In this document: in pieces, positions 31,978 through 46,392 of the stretch
Layout of the letters: each line of letters opens with the position of its first letter
Numbering within the stretch: position 1 is the first letter of the stretch
From: the human T2T-CHM13v2.0 reference genome, Homo sapiens
Reading direction: 5' to 3' (one strand)
DNA: 64,000 bases
Assembly (NCBI RefSeq): GCF_009914755.1
Contig: NC_060938.1
Notes under the pieces: generated by a model
Database searches by the model: none
Seen by the model: only the letters and a program-made list of their open reading frames with translations
Told to the model about the DNA's origin: nothing
Program-made: the position numbers and the translations under genes

Positions 31978-32571
31978 GATAAACAACATATTTAAACTCT
32001 AAAATGTTATGCAAGCATTCCAGGCATGCTTTGGAAAAACTATTAATCCCACAAAAGATGCTTATGTAATTATATAGACTAACAGACCAAGATTCTCCAG
32101 GACACTTACTTTGTTAAGTGTCTGAAGTAAAATGCAATGCTGTATATAAAATGTGACCTGAAGTCAGGTCCCAGTCTTTTCATCTGGAAAATTCTGTTAA
32201 TTATACTGCCCTTCCCCTTTATAGGTTTTCTGTAGGAGTTAAAATACACTTTTTCAATTGCTTGACATAATGCTCAACACTGGTAGGGGAGCTAAAAATG
32301 TCAGCTATTGTCCTATGTGCCAAAAAAAAAAACCACACAGACAGACACACACACACACACAAAGACACACATGGAGGGAGAGGAAGTAAAGATTAGAAAG
32401 CAGCACATAGTGTATTGGTAGGCAATGGGACCACTAGTGATTTTCATATTCTTTTTTATTTTCTTCTTTATACTGCTTACATTTTCAGTGTTATATAATG
32501 AGCATGTATTACTTCTGTAATCAGAAGAAGGTGGTATAAACCTGACCTTAATATAATAAAACAAAATTACT

Positions 32572-32890
32572 GGCCAGGCACAGTGTCTCATGCCTGTAAT
32601 CCTAGCACTTTGGAAGGCTGAGACTGGTAAATCTCTTGAGCTCAAGAATTTGAGACCAGCCTGAGCTCAGTGAGACAGTGAGACCTCGTCTCTGGAAAAA
32701 ATACAAAAATTAGCCAATGATAGTGGTATACACCTGTAGTCCTAAGTTACCTGGGAAGCTGAGGTGGGAGGGTGGCTTGAGCCCAGGAAGTGGCTGCAGT
32801 GAGCTGTGACTGCACCACTGCACTTCAGCCTGGGTGAAAAAGCCAGACCCAGTCTCATACAAAAATAAAAACAAACAAACAAACAAAAAA
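32572..32890 (+). mobile_element. AluJ
   Basis: ggccaggcacagtgtctcatgcctgtaatcc..., with a (CAAA)n tail. Confidence 0.85.
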
Positions 32891-32932
32891 GTTATTACTT
32901 AAATCTCACATGCTATCTTGGAGCCGTCTCAG

Positions 32933-33494
32933 TGTTGAGGGAGTCAAGAGACTGGAGAGACCAATGGGTGAGACAGGAGGATTTTATTAAAGTGACCACT
33001 TGCCCAGTGGATTTGCATCCAAAAGGCTGAGCCCGGAAAAAAGATGGGGCCTGTTTTTTAAGCATGCAGCTTTGCAAAACTTACAGGGCAGGCTTAGCAA
33101 GCTTACAGAAGCAGAACAAAGGCAGTTAATCAAACAGTGACAAGTGTATGACTCAAACATGTCTGGTGACCTCTGCTGGGCCACCCAGCAGGCTCTCAGC
33201 AGATGGCAACTGTTTTAGGCTTGCACAGGCATGTCTTGTGACCTTCTCAGGGTCACACCGATGGAAAACAGGAACTTAAAAAATCCTTACAAACTTACAG
33301 AAATAGTTACAAAAATAGTTATGAGAGCAGAGCAAAGAAATATTGGCCTGGGAAAGAATCTCAAAGGGGGAAGCTGATAAGAACTTGTTTTTCTCATCCC
33401 TGTTCCTGGAGTCCATTCCTTCTGGGCTCTTCCTGGCCTTGTATATAAAGTTATCTTAGTCCTAGCAGGGCCTTGGACTGAGTCAGCCTGGAAC
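32933..33494 (-). mobile_element. Probable ERV solo LTR, antisense (LTR22/HERV-K-like by recall)
   Basis: TG...CA ends; ttttatt (AATAAA on the minus strand) ~50 bp from the left end; ggattttattaaagtg..catccaaaaggctgagccc resembles the LTR22 3' end. Confidence 0.5.
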
Positions 33495-35626
33495 AGGCCA
33501 GAACTTAGGTTTTTCTCTTTTTAATTTCTGCTTTAGTAGGCCAAGGTTCTGATTGTCACTGCTGAGAAAGTAAGGTGTGTTCAGGCTGCCCATGGTTCTG
33601 GGCTCCCCCATGTCTCTGAGGAGGGCTGTCCCCTCCATCACAGAGAATATCAGGACACTAGCCTGTTCCTAGTTATACTTATACACTCCTCTCATGTTGT
33701 CTGTGGAGTGGATGCTGCAGGGAGGGTGACATCCCAGTTAGTCCTAAGAGCCAGACTGCCTGAAGCTCACTGTAACAAGTCCTGCCTTGAGGAAGAAGGA
33801 AGTTTGCCTCTGTGAACCTCCCACCTGGGCCGAAGGGAAGCCACTCTCTCTGCTGCCTCTCCCCAACCTTTTCCTTCTGTGGTCCTAGTGAACCTCTCAC
33901 CCCCTGCCTACAGGCCTGGAATCTCAAGACCATGATGACCTCTCATCACTCCTGAATCCAGAGCTTTCCCTTTACAAAGGGGAAACTGAGACCTGGAGCA
34001 GGGCTGATGTTCAGCCAGCGCACAAGGGAATGGCTGAATTGGTGGTAAAATACTGAAATAGTTCCAGTGTGGATGGAAAGGGGCCACTGCCCTGAGCATC
34101 TCTACTGCCCACCTCATCCCTTCCTCCAGGACCCTGGGTCAGCACCAGGAGTGTCAAAGTGGCCAGGATTGGCCGGAGCCCATGCTAATGGCTCTGCCAG
34201 CCCTTCTCCCCACCAGAGAGGGCAGGGGGATTCAGGCCCTCTAGAGGTAGCATTGTGACCGTGTCTGCAGTAGTCAATCCTTGTGTGCCACAGTCCCTGA
34301 CTTTGTTGATAAGGGCATCAGCCTACATCCCTCTGGTACTCAGTGATAAGCATCTAAAATCTTCTTAAAGAAAAAATTTAAAAAGCTTTCAAAATATACG
34401 ACTTAACATATGAGGCTGCATAAATATCTTTTTAGCAGTTGTCCAACTGGTGCTTCTGGTTCTGCCTCCCCAGAAAGTGGATGACCGGGCCACCCTCCAC
34501 CACTGCCCTGTAAGACCATGGGACACACAGGCCACCAGTTCTTTTCATGTGGTCATCCCCTGTTAGATGGGAGAAAATACACCTGCCTCATTTTTGTACC
34601 TTCTGTGTGAACATTCCACGGCAGAGCTTCACTAAATGTGTGATGAAGAATTGAATGAATGAATGAATATGAGAGAAAATGAATAAATGGTTCAGATCCT
34701 GGGCTGGAAGGCTGTGTATGAGGATGGTGGGTAGAGGAGGGTCTGTTTTTCTTGCCTTTAAGTCACTAATTGTCACTTTGGGGCAGGAGCACAGGCTTTG
34801 AATGCAGACCGACTGGACTTTAATTCTGGCTTTACTAGTTGTGATTGTGTGACCTTGTGCAAGTTACTTAAACCCTCTGTGCCTGTTTCTTTATCTGTAA
34901 AATGGAGATAATAAGATGTCAAAGGACTGTGGTAAGAATTAAATGCTTTAAAAAAATCGCAGTTTGTATTAAGTCCTCAATAGATTGGGTTTAGCATCAT
35001 GAGTGCATGTGTTTCTGGAGCAATGCTCATCTTGGGCTGCATGGTGCCTACACAGAGAAAGACTCTGGCCTCTTCTCATCCACATGTATCTGTCTTATGC
35101 CTGGTTCCCATTCCCAGATCCTTGGAAGATCCATATTGCTGAAACGGTGAAGGGTGATGGGCACCTCAGGACAACTAAGCTGCTCCCCAAACATCTTCCC
35201 CCTCCCAAACTCTCCTGTGGTCTTTCGCATTTAACAGGAATCTCTGGACACTCCAAGGGTTGATCCTCTCATGGAAGACCAGTGGGGAGGAGGCTGCGGG
35301 AAAGGTCAGGCACTGTGCACTTCCCTGACAGCTGCAAATGGTTGTTTCCAAGCCCACTGGTCACTACAAATAAGGCAAGTTATATGACATCATAATGTGA
35401 TTCTTTGGTGCCTCAGTCCACACTGGCACTTTAATATTCCTAGAGTGGATTGCATGGTGGTCTATCAAAAGATATGTCTACCTGGAACATGTGAATGTGC
35501 CTTTATTTGGAAAACAATCTGCAGATGTAATTAAATCCAGCACCTTGAGATGATTAGGATGGGCCCTAAATCCAATGACAAGTATCCTTATAAGAAAAGC
35601 GGCAGGTAGGGCACAGTGGCTCACAC

Positions 35627-35879
35627 ATATAATCCCACCACTGAGAGAGGTCAAGGTGAGAGGATCATTTGAACTGCAGGCTTTCAAGATCTGCCTGGGC
35701 AACATGGTGAGACCCTGTCTCTCCAAAATGTATGTAAAATATAATAGCCAGGCATGATGGCACCCGCCTGTAGTCCCAGCTACCAGCTACTTGGGAGGCT
35801 GAGATGAGAGGGTAGCTTGAATCTGGGAGGTTGAGGCTTCAGTAAGCTGTGTTCATGATGCTGCTCTCCAGCCTGGGGG
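35627..35879 (+). mobile_element. AluJ truncated at its 3' end, inserted after an MLT1-like fragment (~35440-35600)
   Basis: The Alu stops at ctccagcctggggg with no tail; the upstream atgggccctaaatccaatgacaagtatccttataaga is MLT1-like. Confidence 0.75.
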
Positions 35880-38370
35880 AGCCTCTCCAGCCTGGGGGGC
35901 CCCTGGCCCCTCCACAACCTGCGCTAGAAGAGCTGGGCCCTGGCTCTGGCACCATGCAGCCTCTGAGGTGAGGCTGAGAGCCAGTTTCTGCCCTCCTGCG
36001 GCTGGGGACCAACACCCCTGACTTAGGCGTCGTGGAGGCTTCTGGCCCAAGGGTCCGCGCTGCTGGTGGCGCTGGCAGGGTCAGAATTTGCCACAGCTGC
36101 TGCTGCGCGCCTTGTGCAGGTTACCACTGCAGCTGAATCTACAGCAGAGGCAGGCAGGGCTGGTCCCAGACAGCCTGGGGGTCGCTGAGTGGACGGCCCT
36201 TTCACCCTAGAGTCAGCTCTTTCTTGTAGGTGCCCAGATCAGGGTGTGCAGGGGCTGGGCACAGGGCAGCCGCCAGGAAATGGCTGAGCTGCCGGTTCCC
36301 GCCCTCCTGAAGCTGGGGCCGGACCACCTGAATTGGCCGCTGGGCGGCGCCTGGCCCTGGAGTCCGCCTGGCTGGCGTGAAAGCGTGGTCTGGGTTTGCC
36401 ATCAAGGCTGCTCCCCCGCCATGTGCAGGTGGCTGCTGCAGCTGAGCCCATGACGGAGGCTGGCAAGGCGTTTCCCAGGCAGCCTCAGGGTCATTGAGTG
36501 GACCACTATCCCACCCTAGGGTTCTCTGTTCCTTTGCCTGAGCCCAGAGTTCCGGGTCGCGGGCACTGGGAACTGTGCAGCCAAGGAGACTGGGCCGAGG
36601 GCAAAGGTTTCTGCCCTGCTGCAGCTGCGGGGCTGACTGCCTGAATTAGGCGCTGAGGCTGCGTTGTCCCCGGTGTCAGGGCTCTGGTGCAGGCAAAGTG
36701 CCGGGTTGCTCTGCTGCTGTCGTGCCCTTGTACAGGTGGCAGCTGCAGCTGAGCTCTCAGTAGAGGTCGGCAGGGTTGGTCCCAGAAAGCCTGAGGATCG
36801 CGGTGTGCACCACCCTCCCAGCCTAGGGTGCACTCTTCCTTGGCACGCGCCCAGAGCTCGGGGTTTCGGGCGCTGGGCCCTGTGCAGCTGCCCAGAATAG
36901 GCTGTGCGGCTGGTTCCCGCCCTGGCAAGGCATCCAGCCATGGAATCTGCACTGCTGTTGGGGGCAGGCAAGGTCGGGGGATGGGGGTGTGGTTTCCACC
37001 ATTGCTAACGGGCGCCACCTGGCGATGGTAGCTGCAGCTGAGAGCATGGCAGAGGCTGGCAGGGCTGGTCCCAGACACCCTGAGGGTCGCTGAGTGCACC
37101 GCCCTACCACCCTAGAGTCTCCTGTTCCTTAGACTGCTCCCAGGACGTGGTGTGCGAGCGCTAGACACTGAGCAGCCTCCAGGATGGGGCTGAGCGGCCG
37201 ATTCCCGCCTTGCCGCAGCTACAGTCTGAATTAGGCGCCACCGCATTATCTGGCCCTGGGGTTCGTGCTACTGGTGGCATGGACAGAGATGGGGGCTGCC
37301 ACAGCTGCTATGGGGCTGAGCAGCCGATTCCCGCCCTCTTGCAGCTATGGGACCGGCCACCTGACTTAGGTGCCTTGGAGGCGTCCGGCCCTGGGGTCTT
37401 TGCTGCTTGTGTCTGAGGGCAGGGTCAGGGCTGCCACTGCTACTGCCGTGCACCATGCACAGGCGCCAGCTGCAGCTGAGCCCAAGGCAGATGCTGGCAG
37501 GGCTGGCCTGAGGCTGCCCAAGGGTGGGTGAGTGCACCGCCTTTCCACCCTAGGGTCCGTTATTCCTAGACCAGCGCCCAGATTGCGGGGTCGTGGGCGT
37601 TCGACACTGTGCAGCCATGAGGATCTGGTTGGGCGGAGATTCCTGCCCTCCTGCTGCTGAGAGGCCAACCTCCTAACACGCGCTGCAGTGACTTCTGGCT
37701 CTACAGTCTGCGCTCCTGCTGGAGCTGGCAGAGACCAGAGCTGCCACCGCTGCTGCTTCCAGGAGTGTGCAGGTGGCAGCTGCCGCTGAGCCCGCGGCGG
37801 AGGATGGCAGGGCTTGTTCCAGAAGGCTTGAGGGTCCCCGAGTGCACCGCCCTCCCACCGTAAGGTCCAGTCTTCCTTGTCCGCGCCCAGAGAGTGGGAT
37901 TACAGGCGCTGAGCACAGTGCAAGCGCTGGGATGGGGCTGAGCTGCAGGTTTCCTCCCTCTGGCTGCTGGGGGGCCGACCGTCTGAGTTAGGGGACGCGG
38001 CGGCTTTTGGTCATGGGGTCTGCACTGCCGGTGGCTTGCACAGGGTCGGGGGCTGCCACAGCTGCTATAGTTCACCGTGTGCACGTGGCAGCCGTCTCTG
38101 AGCCCACCGCTGAGGCTGCAGGGCTGGCCCGGTCCCAGACGGCCTGAGGGTCATTTGCCCGCGCCCAGAGCACCGGGTGGCGGGAGCTGGGCACTGTGCA
38201 GCCTCCAGGAATCCGCTGAAGGGCGGGTTGCAGCTCTCCTGCAGCTGTGGGCCGACTGCCTGACTTTGGCCACTAGGTGGCCTCTGGCTCTAGGGTTTCG
38301 GGGCCGCTGGTGTCGGCGGGCAGAGTCCGGGTTTGCCACCGCTGCCCACAGGCTCACCATGGCCTGACTA
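35880..38370. repeat. GC-rich ~310-bp degenerate satellite, ~8 units
   Basis: Anchor ctgc(a/c)gctga at 36127, 36436, 36743, 37032, 37470 and 37780, followed ~75 bp later by caccctag-like sequence. Confidence 0.85.
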
Positions 38371-38621
38371 AATGCTCGCACTGCTCATACATCCACTTTT
38401 AAAAATTGGGTTGAACATGAGAACATAATCATTCATATTTTATCCATTTGCATGTATTCAATACCATCCTTTCGCTGTTCTTGTCTCTGCAGCCTTTTTC
38501 TTTAAAGAATGAATGTTTCCATGTTTTATATCCACAGAATTTCTGGTTTTTCCTGTTGGAGCCCAAGGAGCAAGGGCAGAATGAGGAACATGATGTTTCT
38601 TACCGACAGTTACTCATGACG

Positions 38622-38760
38622 TCTCCATCCAGGACTGAGGGGGGCATCCTTCTCCATCTAGGACTGGGGGCATCCTTCTCCATCCAGTATTGGGGGTCAT
38701 CCTTCTCCATCCAGTATTGGGGGTCATCCTCCTCCATCCAGGACCTGAGGGGTGTCCTTT
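38622..38760 (+). repeat. ~27-bp tandem repeat, ~5 copies
   Basis: tctccatccagtattgggggtcatcct and variants. Confidence 0.9.
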
Positions 38761-39504
38761 TCTGCGCTTCCTTGGATGGCAGTCTTTCCCTTCATGTTTA
38801 TAGTGATTTACCATTAAATCACTGTGCCGTTTTTTCCTAAAATATATGGGGTGTGTTTTTTGTTCTCACTTCTGTTAGTCCTTTGGTCCCTAGGTCCAGC
38901 TTTTTTGTAATTTCTTTTGCAACCTAATATGAGTCCCATTTAGTAAGTATTACATATACTAGGAAATGATGTATATTCAGCATTTGTTGTGATTTTAAAA
39001 TTTTTTATAAACACATAACATTTTTGTCTATTTCCCATTTAAATTCAGAAGTATGAGTTCCAGCGTCCCTCTCTAGACCTGCTCTTCCTGTTAGTTTCTT
39101 TGTATGTCCTGGAGGCGAGGCCAGCATTGGACTTGACGTTGCTTCACCTACTCGGTTCTATGGTCCCTCCATGTGCAGTGTCTATCCTGTTGTTCATTAT
39201 TTCTTCCTTAAGTTTTATTTGAACTAAAATTAATTTTGTGGTAGCAGCTTGCTTTCTGTGAATATTTACTTAAAATTTTTATTCCCATTATTTTTCTTTC
39301 TTGAATTTGAAAGTGCTGCTTTGTTACTGATATTTTGTATTTTAATATATGAGGTTAATCCTTCTATGTTTGGTAGGAAAAAGTGATATATTTGAACTTA
39401 TTTCTAGCATTTGATTTTGGATTTTGTATCCCAAAGCTTTATCCTCAATTCTCTTTTCCTTTCTTCAGATTTCTTTTCTTTTCTTTTTTTGGGGGGGGTG
39501 GGGG

Positions 39505-39759
39505 ATGGAGTTTTGCTCTTATTGCCTAGGCTGGAGTGCAATGGGGTGATCTCGGCTCACCACAACCTCTGCCTCTCAGGTTCACGCGATTCTTCTGCCA
39601 TAGCCTCCGAGTAGCTGGGATTACAAGCATGTGCCGCCACACCTGGCTAATTTTGTATTTTTGGTACAGACAGAATTTCTCGAACTCCCGACCTCAGGTG
39701 ATCCACCCACCTTGGTCTCCCAAAGTGCTGGGATTACAGGCATAAGCCACCGCGCCTGG
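39505..39759 (-). mobile_element. AluS, antisense, internally deleted
   Basis: gatggagttttgctcttattgcctaggctggagtgcaatgg...cataagccaccgcgcctgg. Confidence 0.85.
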
Positions 39760-42700
39760 ACTTCCAGATTTATTTTCAATCAGCATTTCATTTTCCACTT
39801 CCTTCCTATGCTGGCTTTTAGGTTTTCCAGGCTATTTACCTTTAGTGTCAAAAATTATTTTGGGAACTTTTGAGTTGTCAACCAATATTGTAAGCATATT
39901 GGATATTGCTGTTTTTCTCCCAGTGCTCTGGTTATAATCTCTCCTATTAATACCTTGTAGCCTTATTGTCGTAGTTATTTTTTTCTATTAATTTCTGAGA
40001 TATAAGAATTAGAATTGTCAAATTGTGGATTTATGCATTTATCCTTTTAATTCAATAACTTTTGCTTTGTGTATTTTGTTATTTTTCTTAGGTGCATACA
40101 TGCTTATGCTTATTAGGTTTTCTAAGCAAATGGACTTATTGCATAAAACATCCTTCTTTATCCCTGTTGATGCTTGTCTTTCTTGTAGTCTGTCTTATCT
40201 GCCATTAATACACTGGCTGCAGTTTTTGATAACAAAGATTTGCATGGTGTATATTTGTCCATCTTTTCAGTTTGAATCTGTTTGTATCTTTACCTCATAA
40301 GTGTATATCGTTTTAAAAGCTGATATTGAGGTTTCCTTTTTACCTACTTTGACAGTCTCTGTTCTGCCTTCCTGGTCTTCTTCTGGATTATTGTAGTTTT
40401 CATTTGTTTGTTTGTTTGTTTTATGGGGTTTTCTTTTTTTTTTAGTATGGATTTTGTATCTTGTGTTTTTCTTAACTATGACTCTTTGTTTCATTTATTT
40501 ATTTTTAGTGAGTTCTTTAGAAATTAAAATAAAAATACTTAAAGTATATTAAATATCATAACACTGTATATAAAATATAAAAACCTTACCTTACCCTCCT
40601 CCCTTCTCTCATCTTTTGTGCCATGTTGTCATAGATTTTTCTTCTGCACATGTTGTAATTCCTGGAGGATGTCATTAAAACAGCAGTTTCCCCTCCACAT
40701 GTTTACTATTTTTGGCACACTTTCATCTTTTCTGAGAACTAGAATTTCCAATTGTTATCATTTTTCTTCAAGCTGAACAGCTTTCTTTTGCATTTATTGT
40801 GGTTTGGGTGTGATGGCAACACATTCTCTCAGACTTTCTTTAATTGAAAATGTACTTTTCTCAACTTCAGTTCTGAATGCTGCTTCAGCAGGTTCAGAAT
40901 TCTAGGGACACCTTCGACTTTGAACAGCATGAAGTCTCTGCTCAGCAGTGCTCTAGTCACCATCTAACATATTATTATATCCAGTTGTGTCAAATCTGTC
41001 ATCGGCCATAGAACCCTTTAACAGGTGCTTCTTGTTGCTTCAGTTCTAAGTATTTCATAGTCTTCAGAGATATGGAGAAGTAGCAGTGCTAGTAACACTA
41101 CCAGTAAAACCAGGATAAGCCCTAAAATAATTAAGCCATCGCATGCACACACATGAACGTTTGACTTCAGCTAAAATGCTTTCAAGTGTACTATTTTATC
41201 TTTACACAAGGTTATAATACAAATTAAAATTTTAAAAATATTTCCACTTTATATATGTGAAAACTGCAGCTCAAAGAATTTAAAAGACATGATTGAAATC
41301 CCATAACTAGGTAAAGATGGTCAAGTCTGGAGCCCACATGTCTCGGTCCCCCCACACCCTGTTACGGAGAGTGCGAGGCTTCACCAGGAAGCTCTTTTGG
41401 CTCAAGGATTAGCTCTGGGGAAGTGCAGCAGGCAGGCCTGCTTTGCATCCTTTTACCAGCAGAAATCCTACGTTTGTTTCAAGTTTCTAGTTCTTTTTGT
41501 TTTGTTTTGTTTCTTACCAGCATGGCTCTGGGAGTTATTTACACAATTTAATTTTAAAAGAGACAGTCCCCATCACTAAGGTTCCTTGGAAACTTATCAT
41601 GCAAAAAAAATAATAATAATAAATGCTGGTAGATGGGAAACTTCTGCAAAATTGTTTTTTATCTATATAATTGTAACTAAATAAATATGTGTATTATAGT
41701 AATAATTTATTACTGTAATTTTCTTGCCAGATTTGAAGGCAATTTTTTAAAGCTCTCCACATGTGGTTTACTGTGGACCAAACACTGGCAGCTTCAGGCT
41801 TACAATCTGCTGACAAACCCTTCTTAGTTCCTTCAATTGAAGAATGTGAGCAAGCACTGCTCATGTGCCTGGCAAGCACGCAAACCACTCAGGAGAAGGA
41901 CAGTGGCCACTCAGGTCATCAGGTGAACTTGTGACGGGGCCATCAAGAGGCTGCACGTGAGCTCCAGAAAATGAAATTCCCACTATCAACCTATTTTCCA
42001 TTTCCGCCCAATGCCCCGCCCCTGCTCCAAATCAAGATCTCCGCCTCTTAGAAATGCTTGATTTTCAGTATTGCTAAACAGGGATTGAAGAAAACAAACT
42101 GAACAAAGAAACAAATAAAGCCTTTAACACAGTGAGCAAAGACACAGCACCTACACCTTCCCCGGGCCCCGCAACAGCTCCAGAGCTGCACAGCTGCTCC
42201 CAGAGCCTGAGCATGGACCTGAGCTCTGGCTCATGGATCTCACCAATGCATTTCTTCCCTCTGTGTCAAAAAAGCATCCAGAAATTGGATTCATTTACTT
42301 GGGACATAAAATAATGTATACCTACAGTTTTGTCCCAGAACTGTGTAAACCAGCATGCTGTCTGCCATAATACAGTCCTCCCCCTGCATCAGGAGCACAG
42401 ATGGGGGAAACCGGCGGGGCTGGAGGCCTGGGAGTCACAGGTGCTTGGAGGGGAGAGAAAAGCACCACAGAGAGCCAGGCCCTGCCTACAAATCCCATTT
42501 TTAGGGGTCTAGTGGTCTGTGCAGGCTGGGAGATGATCTCTAAAGGAAAGGCAAGAAATATTGCCCCACATCTCCCACCACCAAACAGAAAGTGCAGGTG
42601 GTCAGCCCCAGGGCTCACCTGCCCTTTGCCAGGGTCATGAGCTAGGCCCAGGCTGCGCGCTCCACAAAACCATCAAGGGGACGACTGCCTGCCAGGCTGG

Positions 42701-43852
42701 GACAACTGCACCAGGCCCTGACATCCTGGGAAGAACAGGGCTGCATTTAACAGAAACAACTAAACCTGCAGGGATGAGCTTGCCTTTCCCCGGGGCCACG
42801 GGATGGTTTATAGAAAGTTCTGCCCATCAGGACGAGACCTCACATGACACCATCAGAGGAACTGATACCATGCCACAGAGGGAGGAAGACGGCACATGCC
42901 ATAGGTCCGCTGGCCACAGCACACACACGCTCCTGGGAACTTCAGAGCCAGCAGTGTGGCTCAGGTGCCAGGTCAGGATGTGGGAGGACACAGTGTCTGG
43001 GTGAATCTGTCACCTTTGCTAGCTGCCTGGTCCCACCAGGTAGAAGATGTGGCAATGGGAGCACAGCAGTAGGAAGCCCAGTGTCCCCCAACCTTCCACC
43101 TCACACCCAGGACCTCTGAGGTGCATCTATGTCCTGCACATCTAGGCTCTGAAAAGCAGGAGGTCCTGGTTTCCACAGCTGTGGGGCTTCTAGACAGGAC
43201 AGAGCCAGGTTCTCTAAAAAAAACAAGCTCTGGGTGCTGCTTTGTTCTCAGGCTGCTCCTCCATGGGACCTGCGGGCAGAAAGATGTGTACCACCTGGAC
43301 CATGGTGTGAGCAGGAGCAGGGCTGTGCTGCCTGGGGAAGAAGGGGCTCTACGCAAGCGCCTCTCAGTACACAGCATTTGATGGTACCTGGACAAGTGCG
43401 GGAGCCCTAGACCAAGGACTCAGTGGTGAGCAAGACTCAGGACCCCTTAGGGGCGAGGGCCTGGGTTACACCACCAGGGGGTCACCTGGACCCTCAGCAG
43501 AAGGTGAAGGGGTGATCATTACCTTTGCGACCCTGAAATGGGTGGCAGCCACAGGACACAGGGTTCATTGAACCCACCTTGTGTAACTATTGCCCAGGAA
43601 AAGGCCCAGAATTTAATAAAGACAAGGCCCCTGGCAGTGCAGTGTTGGATGGGGCGCACCCCCTGGGGCACCCCTGACCCTCCCCCAGGGCCTTGGCTCT
43701 GAGCTTTGATTATAGACACACGTATGCCATGGCCCCTTCAGACTGCTCCCTTCACCTTTGAAAAACCAGACAGGATGCTTCTGTTCCTGGAAACATGAAT
43801 GCCCTTCATGTGTTTTTTTCTTTGACTAGAAACTCAACTTCAACCAAAATAT

Positions 43853-44838
<986 letters not shown>

Positions 44839-44839
44839 C

Positions 44840-45900
44840 TCCCTGGGAATGGGCGGGCCTGGGTCCAGTCCACAGGGCCCCTCGCGGGCCCTGACGCAGG
44901 ATGGAGTTGAGGTGGGGGCAGCGCTGGACCCCAGGGCCCCTGCCTGCCTCCTGGGGAGCCCGGTGACCCAGGCAGCCCTGGTGAGGCTGTGGGTGTCTGG
45001 GCCATAGCGAGGCCCCCGGGCTCCCACAGGACAGATGCGGACAGTGAGGCCGGGGAGGCCCTGCTGCCCTCCGGACTGTCCCTCCAGCCCCCAGCTTTCT
45101 GTGGTTCTCTGGACCCCCTCTGCAGAGGGGCAGGGGAGCACACCCTGGATCCTGAGACGCCAAGCTTGAGGAACCCCAGAGCTCTAGCGAGGCTGCTTCC
45201 TTTGCGGATGGTGAAACTGAGGTCCAGAGGAGGGCAGGGGCAGGTCCCGGGTGCTCCCTAGGCAAAGGGAGCCGATCTCGGGGAGGGGGTCACAGGGAGC
45301 GTCCCTGCGACTTCTAGGGCCCGAAAGCTGGGGAGGATGAGAGACCAGGGGTCTTTCGTCGCCCCCTGGGGCTGGGCAGAGGCTCAGCCTGTGTTGCCAC
45401 CCAAAGCTGCTTCTGGCAAGTCCGAGCCGCGTCCCTTTAAGAGGGGGTGGAGCTTCAACCTGGCACGAGGGATGCTGCCAGCGTGCGTGTCCCTACGGAA
45501 GCTGAGACTGCACTTCCTGCGAGGCCCCTGCAGCAGCAGCGGCGTGGTCAGAGCGAGCTTCGGAGAAGCAGTGGTGGGTTCCATGTGATGGTGGAGTAGG
45601 AGGCAGGTCTCCGCGGTAAGTGGCGGGGGCGTGGACCCCACCGGGAACCCTCCCGGCTCCTTCCCTGCCTCTCCCTGTTTTCGTGCTTTCACTTCTTCGT
45701 GGGCATCTGGGCCCGAGTCCTCCGCGTGGGGGCGGTTGTGGGGTCCTGGCTACTGCAGCGTCCGCACCCCGGCCGGGAAGGCTATGCCAATGTCCGACCC
45801 GCGTCCAGCATATAGGAGCGCCCTGGCCCAGAGCTGGCGGTGAAACGCCGGACCTGGGTCCCTCCGAGCCTCAGGGGCCTCTGAGCTGGAGTCTAGGATT
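44840..45900 (+). promoter_or_regulatory. CpG island / lncRNA promoter
   Basis: High GC and CpG content; ETS-like cggaag and cttcct motifs just upstream of an exon ending in the strong donor ccgcg|gtaagt. Confidence 0.7.
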
Positions 45901-46084
45901 ATTTTTGATGCCTCAGCACCTTTAAAAAGAGACCTCGCTAGAGCAGGGGACATCTGTAGTTTCAGTTCTTTGAGGAGTCTCCAGCTATTTAGCTGTTTTC
46001 CATGGTGTGTATCCTAATTTTCATTTCCACCTACAGTGTATGAGTTTCCCTTTCTCCAAAACCATACCCGCATTCCTATTATTT

Positions 46085-46392
46085 TTGGTTTGGGGTTTGT
46101 TTTGTTTTTGTTTTGAGATGGAGTCTTGCTCTGTCTTCCAGGCTGGAGTGCAGTGGCGCCATCTCGGCAGACTGCAGCCTCTGCCTGGTTTTAAACAAGT
46201 CTCCTGTCTCGGCCTCCGGAGTAGCTGGGACTACAGGCGCCGCCACCATGCCCAGCTAATTTTTGTATTTTTAGTAGAGATGGGGTTTCACGATATTGGT
46301 CAGGCTGGTCTCAAACTCCTGACCTCAGGTGATCCACCTGCCTCGGCCTCGCAAAGTGCAGAGATTACAGGCATGAGACACCATTCCCAGCC
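46085..46392 (-). mobile_element. AluS, antisense
   Basis: ttttgagatggagtcttgctctgtc...acaggcatgagacaccattcccagcc. Confidence 0.9.

Noticed and set aside
41400-43800. Cyclin-Y-like or other pseudogene exons on the minus strand upstream of the promoter
   Set aside because: No recognisable protein similarity on manual translation; left unassigned
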